Assembly: GCA_951406725.2 (NCBI GenBank)
Contig: OX597816.1
Span: forward strand, 86,862,001 to 86,926,000
DNA: 64,000 nucleotides
Direction of reading: 5' to 3'
Source of the DNA: Octopus vulgaris
Lineage: Eukaryota
Part shown: one piece after another, positions 24,620 to 38,018 of the stretch
Layout: each line of letters starts with the position of its first letter
How positions within the stretch are numbered: position 1 is the first letter of the stretch
Translations under genes and position numbers: made by a program
Notes under the pieces: model-generated
Database searches by the model: none
Told to the model about the DNA's origin: nothing
The model's input: only the letters and a program-made list of their open reading frames with translations

Positions 24620-25200
24620 GTATTCATATATGTGTAAATATATATATGTAAATATATATATATATGTATATATATATGTATGTATGTATTTATATATGTG
24701 TGCGTGTGCGTGTGAATATCATATGGTAAATATATATACCTTCAAGTTTATAGTCAAATCTCTCATTAAATTTAGCAACATATGTGTATACATATATGTG
24801 TTGTTTTTTTTTGCATATATATATATTATGTTATACGCACACGCAAATATCTATACACATATATATGAAGATGCCGATATATGCATTCACATATACATAC
24901 ACATGCACATACACATAGGTCTGTGCATTCGCGTGTATGCATACACATAAATATATATTTATAAATTGAAAATATAGATCAGAAGTCAGTATATATATAT
25001 ATATGTGTGTGTGTGCGCGTGTGTGTGCGCGTGTGTATAACTCAATTGATATACAGATGTATGCATATGCGTCTAAGTATTATATGTACGTATATATGTA
25101 CGTATATATGTACGTATATATTTATATGTATATATAGTCCTGTATGTATAAACTCGTGCAGGTAAATAAAATCATATAAACGTACACACACACATACATA

Positions 25201-25250
<50 letters not shown>

Positions 25251-25255
25251 CGTGA
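23717..25255. repeat. Large compound microsatellite block (TA, TG, TATG, GATA, GA)
   Basis: Direct reading; source of many spurious YIYI/LSIY ORFs. Confidence 0.9.
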
Positions 25256-25404
25256 AGAGCTGAACAGAAGTTTACCAACATATCAATTACTCTGAGTCTT
25301 CTCATCTCAATCATAAAACGACGGAAATATAGCAATTCATCAGAATCAACAGTTCTTTCTTCAAAATGACTTCACTTCATAATAATATATAGATTTGAAT
25401 GCTT

Positions 25405-25454
<50 letters not shown>

Positions 25455-26114
25455 CTCTCTCTCTCTCTCTCCGTCTCTCTCTCTCTCTATGTCTCTCACT
25501 CACTTCGCCTACCTCGCCTTACTGACCACCCACGTCTTGAAGAGAAACTATCTTCATCTCGCTTTTATATAATGAAGCAAGTTTTAATTCATCGCATTTT
25601 AAGTAATCTACAGCTTCAATCTCTAAGATAAACTTCCAGTTTGTTTATTAAGGCGCTATTGAAAACATTGACATTAAGGTTCTCGAATCTTTGACCTCGT
25701 CGCTGATTATATTCATAAATGATCTCCTTTACGGATTTCACAATTCCCATAGGTGGCAGTTGGTGGTGTTGGTATAGCGTGGATATGGCGTGCACTGTGT
25801 CGGTATTCACATCGTCGTCTTTTCTGTTGTTGTTGTTGCTGTTGGTAGCCTTGTTGTTGTTGTTGTTGTTAATATCGCCGTTATTGCTTGTTTTAGTTGT
25901 TATTGTTGTTGATTTTGTGAGAAATTCATAACCAAATATTTAGATATTTAGCTGTGTATGTTTCAAATCTATCACGTCTCAATTTCTATCTGTGTGTATG
26001 TACATTTATAGCTTACATGCGACTGAGTATATGCGTATGTAACAATATGTGTGTATTCTGCATGTTAATATAACTTGCCTATTTCAGAATCCAGAATCTA
26101 TTAAATATTGATTT

Positions 26115-26172
<58 letters not shown>

Positions 26173-26302
26173 ACACATATATATATATACATATATACAT
26201 ATATACATATTTAGAGAGAGTGAGAGAAAGAGAAATTTATTATATATATATGTACGCATACATGCATACACATATATACACACACACATATATATATATG
26301 CA

Positions 26303-26355
<53 letters not shown>

Positions 26356-27574
26356 TGTATGTGTGTGCGGGCGTGTGCGTGTTGTGGAGGGATGCATTGG
26401 TGTATGTAATTATATTTCTATACCTACATGTATTCACACACAATCTGCAATATTCGAATATTTCCTTGTATACGCGTATCATACGTAAATGTTTAAATTC
26501 TGTGTAAACAGCATCTGTATCTAATATTTGCATATGCGTGTATAATTGTACGCATTTCTAATTTCTCTCTGCGTGTATACAATCGTCACACCTAAATAGA
26601 ATGTTTGTTTTATTTAGATACTTAAATCTAGCAATTCCCGCTTCAAACGTAGAATCACACGCTGTTCTACTGCCCATAATTCCTTATTTGCTCGTAATGC
26701 AATCAATATCTGCGTCTCTTTAAGGTCCTTTGAGTATATTAAGTCGAAGAGATTGAAATTGCCAACTATTTATTCGTAATATTTACTCAATAGTCAATAT
26801 TGGGTTTGTTAATTAAGCTCGAGTCCAATTTTTGCAGCAGTAATATATATATAGTTAATTAATGCGCATCATTATACAACTGCTACATGTGAGTCTGGAG
26901 TGGGGAGCAATAACTATAAAATTAGCTTGACAGACTCCAGCTTCAGAGGAAGTAAGCAATTACTGTATGATTCAAGTGCTTTTTTTTCTTTTTTTGTTTC
27001 TTTGTTTTTGTTTTGTTTTTGAACTAATGATATTTTCATCTTGATACTGCGTGCATACAGCAAATGATATATATATATAATGATACCTTCTATCTTTAAC
27101 TTGCTGCTTAGCCTCCGCTCACATTTGATCAGTCAGAAATATGATCAAATGTATTCCATCCATGACTATCTCATCTTTGCAATAGTCAATACATGGAAGA
27201 CAAAATTAACCAAGGACGTTAGGATATTATTTGAGCTACATATGGCTACTATTTCTATTTGGGAAAGCAAATACATAAATGCTTCTCCGTTGGCTGGTCT
27301 TTCTAAATATCAAAATTCTGGGCGAACACACTATTTCAGTAACATCTTTTAAATCATTTTGACATCTTCAGTGCAGTGATATTTCATGTCAATGCCAAGC
27401 TTGAAACACAGTGATGAAAATAGATATTATTTATTAGGCACAAGGCTATTAATTTCAGGAGTGGATTAAAACAACTACAGTACTTTATTTTATTGATCCC
27501 AGTTGAAGGGAAAAGAAACTAACGTTTCTGTTATTTGAAGTTAGAAAATGAGAAGCTGTAGCTTAATAAAGTTA

Positions 27575-27862
27575 CTCTCCGAGGCACAAGTCCTGGTAAA
27601 GTTGTTTATGGAAAACCAGCAGTCGCCCATACATACCAGCCTCCCCTCTCCAAGCCACCGATGTTATCCAAGGGAAAGGCAAAGACTGATACAGCTTGAC
27701 CCCAGTGGCGTCACAACTCATTTCTGCATCTGAGTGAACTGGAGCAACAGGAAATAAAGTGTCTTGCTCAAGAACACAATACACAGCCCGGTCCGGGAAT
27801 CGAACTCATTGCCTCATGATTGTGATCCCGATGCTCTAACCACTGAACCATGCGTCTTCACA
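27575..27862 (-). mobile_element. tRNA-derived SINE, family C
   Basis: Minus-strand head gtgaagacgcatggttcagtggttagagcatc...gagttcgattccc (A/B boxes), then ttcttgagcaagacacttt. Confidence 0.85.
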
Positions 27863-28029
27863 ACTAAATACCGTAAGACATCTTATCCAATGTCGTAATG
27901 TTTCTGACAATACACAGACATGATGAAACTACTTGTAATGTATACCATGCGATAACCATAATGGGTGTCTTCACCGGCAATCTGAATATTATATGTTAAA
28001 ATATTAATTTTAACATTATAACCAGACCT

Positions 28030-29010
28030 GAGCAATTTAACCAGTCCGTCCGCCTTTCCAGAACGCTGTCAAGCGGCGAATATCTACTTCTCCAGGTACC
28101 GCTAACCTTTTCTGGTCAATGTTTACGTTTGTCTCCGTTTTATATCCACTCAAGGCAATAACGATCACCTCCGTATATTTCGTGTCCGGCACTATTAAGA
28201 TTAATTGTCTGCATATGCCGATACATACCTTCTCTCTCCTACTTCACGCAAGATGCCCCTCGAAACGCCTAGCACGTACTAAGGGTGATATGGAGCTAAC
28301 TTGATGGACCAAACTGCATGATGCTGAAGGGTTTCTATAGATGTCATTTTCTTTGGACACCGTGTAGTTGTCACTATACATAGTAGGGAACCAACCCGCG
28401 AAGGTAAAACCATGAGCACAACTGCCAAATAGTGATGAGCAACCCTATCGAAAGATTTTGCTTGATCTAAGTTCATCAGCAATGCTAGATTATTTACTCA
28501 CATATTCTTTGAGGTGGAGGATGTCGTAGATAGATGTGTTTCAGATAGGATATTTCCATGCCTCTCCTACCAGAGTATCGATGCTAAGTGTCAACGTCTT
28601 GGTTAACACTTTAGCCAAAATCTTCAACTCTACATTCAGCATATTAGAGTTACGGGCCTGGTGTCATAAACATCATTCTCCTTTTCAGTAGCACCATCAC
28701 ACCTCGTTTTACATGATTGAGAATTCTCGTTCTGCTACCAGTTGCAATAAGTTTGGCACAGGAAAATAAAGCAGACAACCCAACCACTGCAACTATTCCC
28801 AGGGATCGCCAACGCTGTTATCGACTTTTCGCAATACCCCGTTTCCCTAGTCGAAAGGTGAGAGTGTTTGTTCAGATAGGCAGTAAATTTCACTTCCATC
28901 TGTAGTTCATCATCTGCCCAAAGAAGTTGAGCAAAATATCGCTAAAAAGCTGCACACGTATGCTTAGAAAAGAATAGCACGTGCCTTTACCGAATCAGCA
29001 AAAACTGAAT
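28030..29010 (-). mobile_element. Degenerate L1/Tx1-like reverse transcriptase fragment
   Basis: 'LNVELKILAKVLTK', 'LVGEA', 'NLDQAKSFDRVAHHYL' (LDxxKAFDRVxHxYL motif). Confidence 0.8.
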
Positions 29011-29799
29011 TATAGCTGTATGCCTCAATTATAGTTATTGCTGATGTTGTTGCTATTGGTATCAATGTTGCTGCTGCTTCTATTGCTAATGCTGATACTA
29101 TCGCTGTTGCCTTTCGTGGTTTTTGCGGCTACTGCAGCCGTTATTGTTTTTGCTATCATTGCAGCAGCTTACTTTTGTTAATATCGGTATTGCTGCTGCA
29201 GTTTTCATTGTTTTTACAGCTAGTGTGTTTTTCTCCGCTATAGCAAAGGTGCAGTTATTTGGACTTTGGCCTTTCAGCAATGAATATTCCCTCTCCCCTT
29301 CCACTAGCAGAACGCCGTCTTTGCAAACATTGCTACTGCTACTATCGTTGCAGTTATCCATGTTGCTACTGTTGTTAATATTATTTTCCACGTTATCATT
29401 TGTGCTATGATTTCAACTTTAAAACTTTCAACACTTCAAAACACTTTCTCTTTCCTTTCCATGTATAGAATGAGGACAAGTGTCCTTGAGACGTGCTGCA
29501 CCTGTGTTTGCTAGTTATCTCTTACTTACCTTTTAGCTTGCTGGCTGTGGAAACCATATTTGTGAAAATATATTTTACGAAAGAATTCGAAGAATTATCC
29601 AACAAATTTGAGTTTCAATGGGGCGCGGAACACAAGTAAATTAATACTGATTGACTTAACTGTTACATGACAAACATTTAGTCAATAACAACTTATAAAC
29701 AAACCAACAAACATACAAGTGACTTTAAAAAACGGCAGGCTGCTGACACCACCAACTCGACAGCCACAACAGTAACAACAGCAACAAAAATATTTATAA

Positions 29800-30300
29800 T
29801 AACTAGAGAGCGGCAAGACATGGTATGAGCACAAACCGCAGAGATTGGCAGAGTCAGAGACTAACGAAATCCTCTGGGATTTCCCAATCCAAACAGATCA
29901 GGTGCTAGAGCATAACAGACCGGATACAATGGTGGTGGACAAGGTGCACTACATATATAGTTGATGTTACATGCCCCTTTGACCCACGAATTATCAACAA
30001 AGAAGGCGTAAAGATAGATAGATAAATACGAAATAGTCCAGCTATGGAAAATGAAGAAGGTGAAAATAATGCCAATTATTGTTGGGTCCTTCGAAATAGT
30101 ATCAGAGTGTCCAGTGGAACTGTTACAAAAGGTTTGCCTCCTTGGCAAAGCCAGAATAACCAGGAAGGTATTAGACAGCTGATAAGAACGAATATCATGG
30201 TACCGTAGGCTGCAGGTAGTAAGCCCGCTACACATGCAAGACTCCTTGAGCTCCAACAAAACCTATGATAAAGAGATAATGAGGTAAATCTGAGGCGTGG
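29800..30300 (+). mobile_element. Old R4/Dong-like RLE LINE 3' fragment
   Basis: WYEHKPQRLAESETNEILWDFPIQTDQVLEHNRPD..DVTCPFD..LWKMKKVKIMPIIVG. Confidence 0.8.
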
Positions 30301-30319
30301 TCATTGCTAGTTGAAAATC

Positions 30320-30326
30320 ATTATTA

Positions 30327-30406
<80 letters not shown>

Positions 30407-30409
30407 GTA

Positions 30410-30461
<52 letters not shown>

Positions 30462-30518
30462 GATGACGATGACGATGATGATGACGACGACGACGACGAC
30501 AATGACGATGACGATGAC

Positions 30519-30573
<55 letters not shown>
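30320..30573. repeat. (ATT)n-(GAT/GAC)n compound microsatellite
   Basis: Direct reading of the sequence. Confidence 0.95.
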
Positions 30574-30576
<3 letters not shown>

Positions 30577-31352
30577 TACCAGGCCAATGTGATAAAAATG
30601 GAGCAGACCCAAAATGCCGATTCTGCAACGACATAATTGACACAGTGGACCACCTAATCTCTGGATGTAAAGTCTTAGCACCAGTGGAGTATAAATTAAG
30701 ACATGACAGAGTTGGCCAATATCTACACTTGCTAATAAGTCGGCATTACAATATCAAAACTGCCGACAAGTGGTATAATCACCACCCTGAAGCTGTAACT
30801 GAAGGAGAAAATGTAACAATTCTGTGGGACTTTCCAGTACATACAAACCGAATCATCAAAGCCAATAAACCGGATATTGTTGTGAAAGACCAAAACAATA
30901 AAGTTTGCTTATTGATCGACATGAGCAACCCCTGTGATCATAATATCTCGGCGAAAGAGTTTGACAAGCTCAGAAAATATAAAGACATGCTCATTGAAAT
31001 TGAGAAAATGTGGCATCTCAAGGCGGTTACAATACCAGTGATCGTAGGAGCACTAGGAATGATCAAGAAGGGAACCGAAAATTATATGAGAATGATCCCC
31101 GGCTTACCATCCCCGCAAGAAGTGCAAAAGATTGTCTTAACTGGTACATCACACGTATTGAGAAGAGCATTATCGATGTGAGAACTATTACTACCCATGT
31201 ATTTTAATCTAACTCTAAAAAAAAAAAAATGAACGAACTAGTGAGTTTAGTTTAATGGCCTACCAATGTATACTATGCGTTTCTTTGCCCTAGGAGTCGG
31301 GAAGACACTCGGCAAGAAATGGAAGCAAATTTGAAAGAATAAGAAAAAAAAG
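30574..31352 (+). mobile_element. Young 5'-truncated R4/Dong-clade non-LTR retrotransposon (CCHC plus restriction-like endonuclease, 3' UTR)
   Basis: CRFC..DHLISGC, RHD, ILWDF, KPDIVV..D, KxxKY, IPVIVGALG; open to stop at 31181; followed by (TAA)n. Confidence 0.92.
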
Positions 31353-31447
<95 letters not shown>

Positions 31448-32231
31448 AAGAAGAAGAAGAAGATTAATAATAATAACGATTGATTCTAACATAGTCAAAC
31501 ATCTAAGTAGTACTGGAACAAGGCCACAATTTTTCTTGGGTTGTTTATATTAACTAGGTATCTGACTGGTACTTTATTTTATCGACCACTGAAAGATGAA
31601 GAAAACAAAGATTTATTGTCTAAGAGAACTCAGTTCGTTGGTGACAATGTGAAGGTGCAAAACTAATCAACGAGTGATTTGCATTCATTAAAAATGGGAA
31701 ATTGGTTTGGTAATAATAAAACGGGATGAATATTAAATAAAAACGGTAAAGAACCAGCACAAGAGAACAAGCTAGAATCCCCAAATAAAGCAATAATAAT
31801 AATGCTAATACTAACAACAACAACAACAACAATAATAATATTGTAAACAGTTCGCAACACAAGAACTTAAATTGTTCTGACGTGTCAAATAGTCATTTTG
31901 TTTGGTTTTTCCTTTGTTTTCCTTCAGGGAATTTTTATATAAAGGAAATGAAGGATTTTGCGAGAAATTATATTTACGTTTTTTGTTGGATGATTGGAGT
32001 TGGCACCCAAAATCTTCGAAAGGGTAATTTTTTTTTTCTTTTTGTGATATGCACTCATCTGTAAATATCTGTGACGATTGAATGGGTTTATCTGTTTTAT
32101 TTTTTTCCTATTAGATACGGACAACTTTCAGCTTGGCTGCACTGCAATTAGAGACTTTGCATTGTTAACTTGGAAACACTTGAGGCTACGCCACGCATAT
32201 ACTCTCTAACTTTGTTTGTGAGTGTATATAA

Positions 32232-32294
<63 letters not shown>

Positions 32295-32423
32295 TATATC
32301 AGTATATGCATATACATATTATTTTCGTTTTCCTGTGCCAAACTTATTGCAACTGTATTTTTTACCCCTTTATTTTTCTCTTTCAGAAACTATATATATT
32401 GTGTGTATGTATGTGTATATATA

Positions 32424-33312
32424 TACGAGGCCTGATCAATAAGTATCCGGAGTGCTGGCATAGTTACGAAACCAAAGTACGCAGAGTGAAGCTTCGCAAA
32501 GACTGACCTTGAACTCTGGTGTGCATGCGCACTAAGTTTTAACGTTCTAGCTCACAGTTACAGCAGTACTTGGAAGGAAGGTGTGTAGCGTGTAATACTC
32601 ACATTGACAATTAAAGAGAAAGTTGTCATGTCGATACCTGCTCAAAGGCCTGCGCAAAGTTGCAGAAAATGTCTGGAGAGGAGTGTACGAGCCGCACACA
32701 AATGTACGAGTGGATGAGATGTTTCCAAGATGGCCTAAAAAATGTCGATATCGACGAATGTTCTGGGAGACACGCAACCAGCAGAACTGAGAAAAACATC
32801 GCAGATGTACATGCAGCTGTGAGGGGAAATTGTTGAATCACCATTCGTGAATTATCAGAGGATGTGCAGATTAGCTACAGTTCAGTTCAGTCCATAATTG
32901 AAGATTTGGGTATGAGATGCGTGTCTGCCAAGTTTATGTTAAAACTGCTTTTAGCTGTCCAAAAAGACACTCGGGTTTGTGTTGCACAAGATCTCCTTCC
33001 TCGTGGCGAAATCCATAAAAATACTTTTTGAAAACTTTGTGTAAGCCTCTGAGCAGGTATCGCCAACCTTTTGGAAACCATTTCATGCAGATATACAGCT
33101 CAACTATCTGCCATGTTCAATGCGACGATCACACATTATACACCTGCCTTCAAAGCAGTGCTGTAAACAGCGGAAGTGAGCTACAACGTTGAAACTTACT
33201 GCACATACACAACAGAGTTGAAGATCAATGTGTGCCAAGCAGCTTTATTCTGCGTGCTTTAACGTCGTTACTAAGGTGAAAGTCCGGATAATTATTGATC
33301 AGAACATGAATA
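32424..33312 (+). mobile_element. Non-autonomous mariner derivative with long inverted 5' ends
   Basis: TIR tacgaggcctgatcaataagtatccgga / tccggataattattgatcag; internal SRTQMYEW..F.DG..DECSGR..ITIRELSE..LGMRCVSAKF; inversion extends in to ~33020. Confidence 0.85.
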
Positions 33313-33315
33313 TAT

Positions 33316-33361
<46 letters not shown>

Positions 33362-33475
33362 ACATATCTATATATATATGTACATATAACTAATGTAGGA
33401 TAAATTTTTTTCGGGAAAAAAATTTCATCAATGGCCAGCATATCAAAAAATACCTTTAAAGGTTAAATTTATAAA

Positions 33476-33670
33476 TAATTTACAATATAAGGGCTAAAGC
33501 AAAATTCTAATGCCAAATATGCCAAAAAAAAAAAGACAAAAATTGTCAATTAACCATTATAATTTATAATTTATTATTAACCGTAATTTATAATGGTTAA
33601 TTGACAATTTTTGTCCTTTTTCGGCATATTTGGCATTAGAATTTTTCTTTTGCCCTTATATTGTAAATTA
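33476..33670. repeat. ~195-bp AT-rich near-perfect hairpin/palindrome
   Basis: taatttacaatataagggc...aattaaccattataa / ttataatggttaatt...gcccttatattgtaaatta. Confidence 0.9.
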
Positions 33671-33701
33671 CATATGTACATATATATATATATATGATAT
33701 A

Positions 33702-33740
<39 letters not shown>

Positions 33741-33964
33741 TATATATATATATATGAAGTCTATGCATGGTACTGTGTTGTGTACTCATTCTCAGACATA
33801 GACACACCCACACACTCATTCATATGCATACTTATACATATGTGTATGTGTTCATACGTGAAGACGCATATTCGTGTAATCATATACATGTATATATATA
33901 CATGTTTATGCGTGAGTATACCTATACTTTATCCCTCTGCACGAGGAGCGAAAAATATAGTGAT

Positions 33965-34330
33965 TAATAAGTAGTATTAGTAGTAGTAGTAGTTGTTGTT
34001 GTTGTTAGTGGTGGTGGTAATGTTATTGGTGAATGTGTTATTGTTAGTGATGCTGGTGGTGCTGGTGATTGTGGTGGGGGTAGTCGTGGTTGTTGTGATG
34101 GAGGTGCTGGTATTATTATTATTGGCATTGTTGTTGGTGATCCTAGTATGGTGAGAAAAATCATCTAGAAAAATAAAGAAATGGGAAAAAGATGAAAAGC
34201 AATAGGTATGACTCTAAGAAGCTTGTGGTGATGATGATGATGCGGACTTGTGAGAGGTGGGGTTCGTGGGGGCATTTTGAGGATTGTGGAAGGTACGGTA
34301 GTTGAAGATTTGATATTAACAGAGCTGATA
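33965..34330. repeat. Degenerate trinucleotide (GGT/GTT/GAT) low-complexity tract
   Basis: Direct reading of the sequence. Confidence 0.75.
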
Positions 34331-36177
34331 GTGGAGGAGACGGTCATCATATCGATGGCAAAATACTGGCAATCATGTTTGGATCTGTGTCGTTAATATG
34401 TTCATTTTAGCAATTTTCGTGTTGATGGAGATGGCGGAGCAAAATATTTAAATTGTGGTGGAGCAGAATATTTAAATAATGAACTAAACTGTTTTTCAAA
34501 ATTCCCCCAAAACAATGAAATTTACAGCATAATACTTTAAATAAAATATATGTCTCTATTTCTCTAATAAATGAATATTTCGCAATTGAGACACTATGCC
34601 AAACGCTCTACTTAGAGACAAAACATCACAAAGATTACGTTCCCTATTTCAAGCCAGTTAGTATTTCAGATCTCAATAATCAGTCAGCTCTTTCATCCCG
34701 ACCTTTCAGCATTTATATCGCGTGTATAAGATCATCAGCTGTAATTATCGTAAGTTTTGGAAGGGACCTCATTAAATGCTAGGACGTTTAGAAAACTCGA
34801 CTGTTTTTACGCAGTGCAATGGGGCATGTGTATCCCTTAGCAGCAAAATCTGATGCATACATCAGTCTCTCTTATAAAGGAATGTTTTTCGTTATGCTTA
34901 AAATGAACATTTTATGCTGGTGGTTTATTGTGACGCGTTTAGTACCTTATTCAATGTTCTGTAAATCGAAAGCTGAACGATAAATATTGCTGCGTCAACC
35001 TTAAAAGAAGAGCTTTGTTATCAGAAGATTGCTCGCATTTTTCAGACAGAGCTACGACCCAAACAGCATCAAAAACTTAGAACTAATTCGTAAGAAATGA
35101 CTTGCCAATGTACTTCAATCACAATGTACTACATCACAATGTACTTCAATAACTGACCTGTCGCTTCTTTACTTTTTTTTCTTTTTCCAACAAAATTACG
35201 ATGAAGAACACGTACTATCCGTTCAAGTTCACACATCCACCTCCTGCCATTTTCCTTATGTCCCTATACTGTCTATCACATTCCAACCACTAGATTAAAC
35301 ATTTTAGCCCATCATTTTTCCTTGGATACTGATATCTGTTAATCACTCTCCGCCCACATTTTACTCCTAATGAATACAGCTTTTAACTTGTAAACTGGGA
35401 TTTAAGAATAAGAACACGTGGAAATATTATATTTCCACATATTCTTATTGACATATATTTCATGTATGTCTTATCGTATATGTCTCATGTATATGCATGT
35501 GCATCCGCATTTAGTTTAATTACATAGATATATAAAAATGCGTTCTATGTTTAGTCCAAAATTAACCTACAACATATTAATTGATAATTGAATTCATGGG
35601 AAAATAGTTAATGTTCTTAGTTTAAGCTGTTTTCTAGAACAAATAAGATATTGATTTTGCAAAGTTAGTTCCGTTTTATAAGACAGCTTAGACCGATAAA
35701 AGATTGGATAAATAAATAGAAAAGGACTTGGCTCTGTTAATCTTCTAACAATGAACATTAATTGATAATCCCTATCTGCGAGTGGAGGGGGTCTGGTAGA
35801 CACAGTGGATACTAGACTAAGCGTGTGCTTTTTTTTATGTCTTGTATTCAAATCCCATTAGATTTAATTTATGAGTTCAGTAAATTATGCATCAGCTAAA
35901 TACAGCGAGTCAAAGTAAACGTGAGAAAGTACTATCAATAAATGTGCGACAACATTTATTTATATCTTAATATACATATTATGCATTTTATTGTAATGGA
36001 CGGGTCTTAATTCTGTATAAAAGAAACTGCATGCCTATGTAATTTTTTAATAGGGAGTGCTACTGTGTAATAAGAAAACCAGGTGAATCGATCTTTGACT
36101 GATGCAAGTGCCTGTAGGTACAAGAACATTAAAATACCGTTTAATTACATTTTGCATTTATTGTTATTCTACCAGTT

Positions 36178-36410
36178 AAGGCGGTGAGGTGGCAGAAACG
36201 TTAGCACGCCGGGTGAAATGTGTAGCCGTATTTCGTCTGCCGTTACGTTCTGAGTTTAAAATCCCCCGAGGTCGACTTTGCTTTTCATCCTTTCGGGGTC
36301 AATTAAATAAGTACCAGTTACGTACTGGGGTAGATATAATCGACTTAATCCATTTGTCTGCCTTTGTTTGTCCTCTCTGTGTTTAACCCCTTGTGGGTAG
36401 TAAAGAAATA
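36178..36410 (+). mobile_element. SINE family B, near full length
   Basis: aaggcggtgaggtggcagaaacgttagcacgccgg...gtcgactttgcttttcatcctttcggggtc...gtagtaaagaaata. Confidence 0.9.
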
Positions 36411-36959
36411 GGCATTTCGTCTGTCTTTACGTTACGAATCCAAATTCTGCAAAGGTTGCTTTGGCTTTTCAACTTTCCTAATTGATTAGCCTCCTTCTCA
36501 AACCCAAAATTTCAGACCTTTTGCCTATGATAGAAAAGACTTTCATTCCACCAACTAAAATGGCACTTAGCAGCAAAATTACATTTAATTTTATCAGCCC
36601 AGGATTATTAAAATGCATACCAGTCATATGCCAAGCTAAACTTTAACAGATTTCAATTCTCACTCACAATGTGTGTCTCATACTGATGTTATAAATCATT
36701 AAATCAAATGAAAACGTGAATCGATGGCAGATATGATAGTGTCTCACTCAATGTTCTACAGTTTCTAGTTATGAGCAATGTGTTTTGTATTCAAGACATA
36801 TTGACCTTGACACTGCGTTTATCTGATCAAAATAAATGCCTGTAACTATTTAGAGTTGATTTTTTTTTACCATAACTCTTCTCTGTGTATGAACCCTGTT
36901 GGAAACTAAGAAATTGGTATCATAACAAGTAAGACAGGATATTCAGTGGCATTATTTCG

Positions 36960-37360
36960 TTCCGATTATAGGACGCCGAGCATTTCGTCCGTTTTTACGT
37001 TCTGAGTTCAAATCCCCCTGAGGCTGACTTTGCTTTTCATCCTTTCGAGAATCGATAAAATGAGTACTAGTTGATCACTGAGGTAAGTGATCGACTTACT
37101 CCCATACCCCCACCCATCCATATTTTTCTAATTTACTTGCGTTGTGCTAAAATTTGAAACCATTATTTCGTTTCGATTCAAACGTGATGATTTGGCAGAA
37201 TCGTTAGCACAATGGACTTTTCGTTCTTCTTTACGTCCTGAGTTCAAATTCCGCCGAGGTCGACTTCACCCTTCATCATTTCGGGACCGATGTATTCGAT
37301 TAGTCTTCTCACCTTCTCCACCAAAAACTTCAGGCCTTGTGCCTATAGTGAAAAAGGAAT
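36960..37360 (+). mobile_element. Two tandem degenerate SINE family B copies
   Basis: acgttctgagttcaaat..tttcatcctttcga at ~36997; ggcagaatcgttagcac..gagttcaaattccgccgaggtcgac at ~37194-37265. Confidence 0.75.
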
Positions 37361-37937
37361 ATTTCGTTCCGATTCCTTTCTTTGTAACCTTAAACTGTTC
37401 AGGTTCATTTTTTCTACAATCGATAAAATAAATATAAATCACGTACGAGTTAAATAAATACATCCATCTACAAAAAATAATTCCCTTGCTGAAAATGAAA
37501 CGAAGTATTATTAGGCATTCATTTCAAAATGAGGTAGAAGAGAAAATGTATGAAATGTGGAAAAGGTTCATGGGGTATCCATTTACGGTATTTTATATTC
37601 AAGTGTGGATTTGTGTTATTCAGTTGCTGTAGAGGTGATTAGACCATACATCAGACAACTATTGGAGATTGTTTAATTAAATAAGCGCTGAACCTCACTC
37701 GCTCTTTAACAAATAAGCTTGTATAAATATAACAAAAATATATTGCAATTATGTTTCAAAGTCTCATTTTTTATCTTTATTTTTCCCTTTTTTAAAGAAG
37801 CTTATCTATTCAACTGAGTTTTGAGAGAAACGGAAAAATTAGTGCTAATAATTATCTTCTCTGGAGCTGTGATCACTCTCCGTTACTCTTTAGAATCTCG
37901 TAACGCTATAATGCTTTCAGAGACACACATTCGTTTA

Positions 37938-38018
<81 letters not shown>

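Noticed and set aside
23669-26533. Many ORFs rich in YI/HT/CV/LSIY (also 37800-42550, 45100-50450, 52700-57600)
   Set aside because: Translations of stop-free dinucleotide and tetranucleotide microsatellites.
29098-29410. Overlapping ~95-aa ORFs on both strands
   Set aside because: Degenerate (GCT/GTT) trinucleotide tract with no recognisable domain.
30405-30573. Poly-I/poly-D N-terminus of the 258-aa ORF
   Set aside because: Microsatellite read-through into a truncated LINE; not a real protein start.
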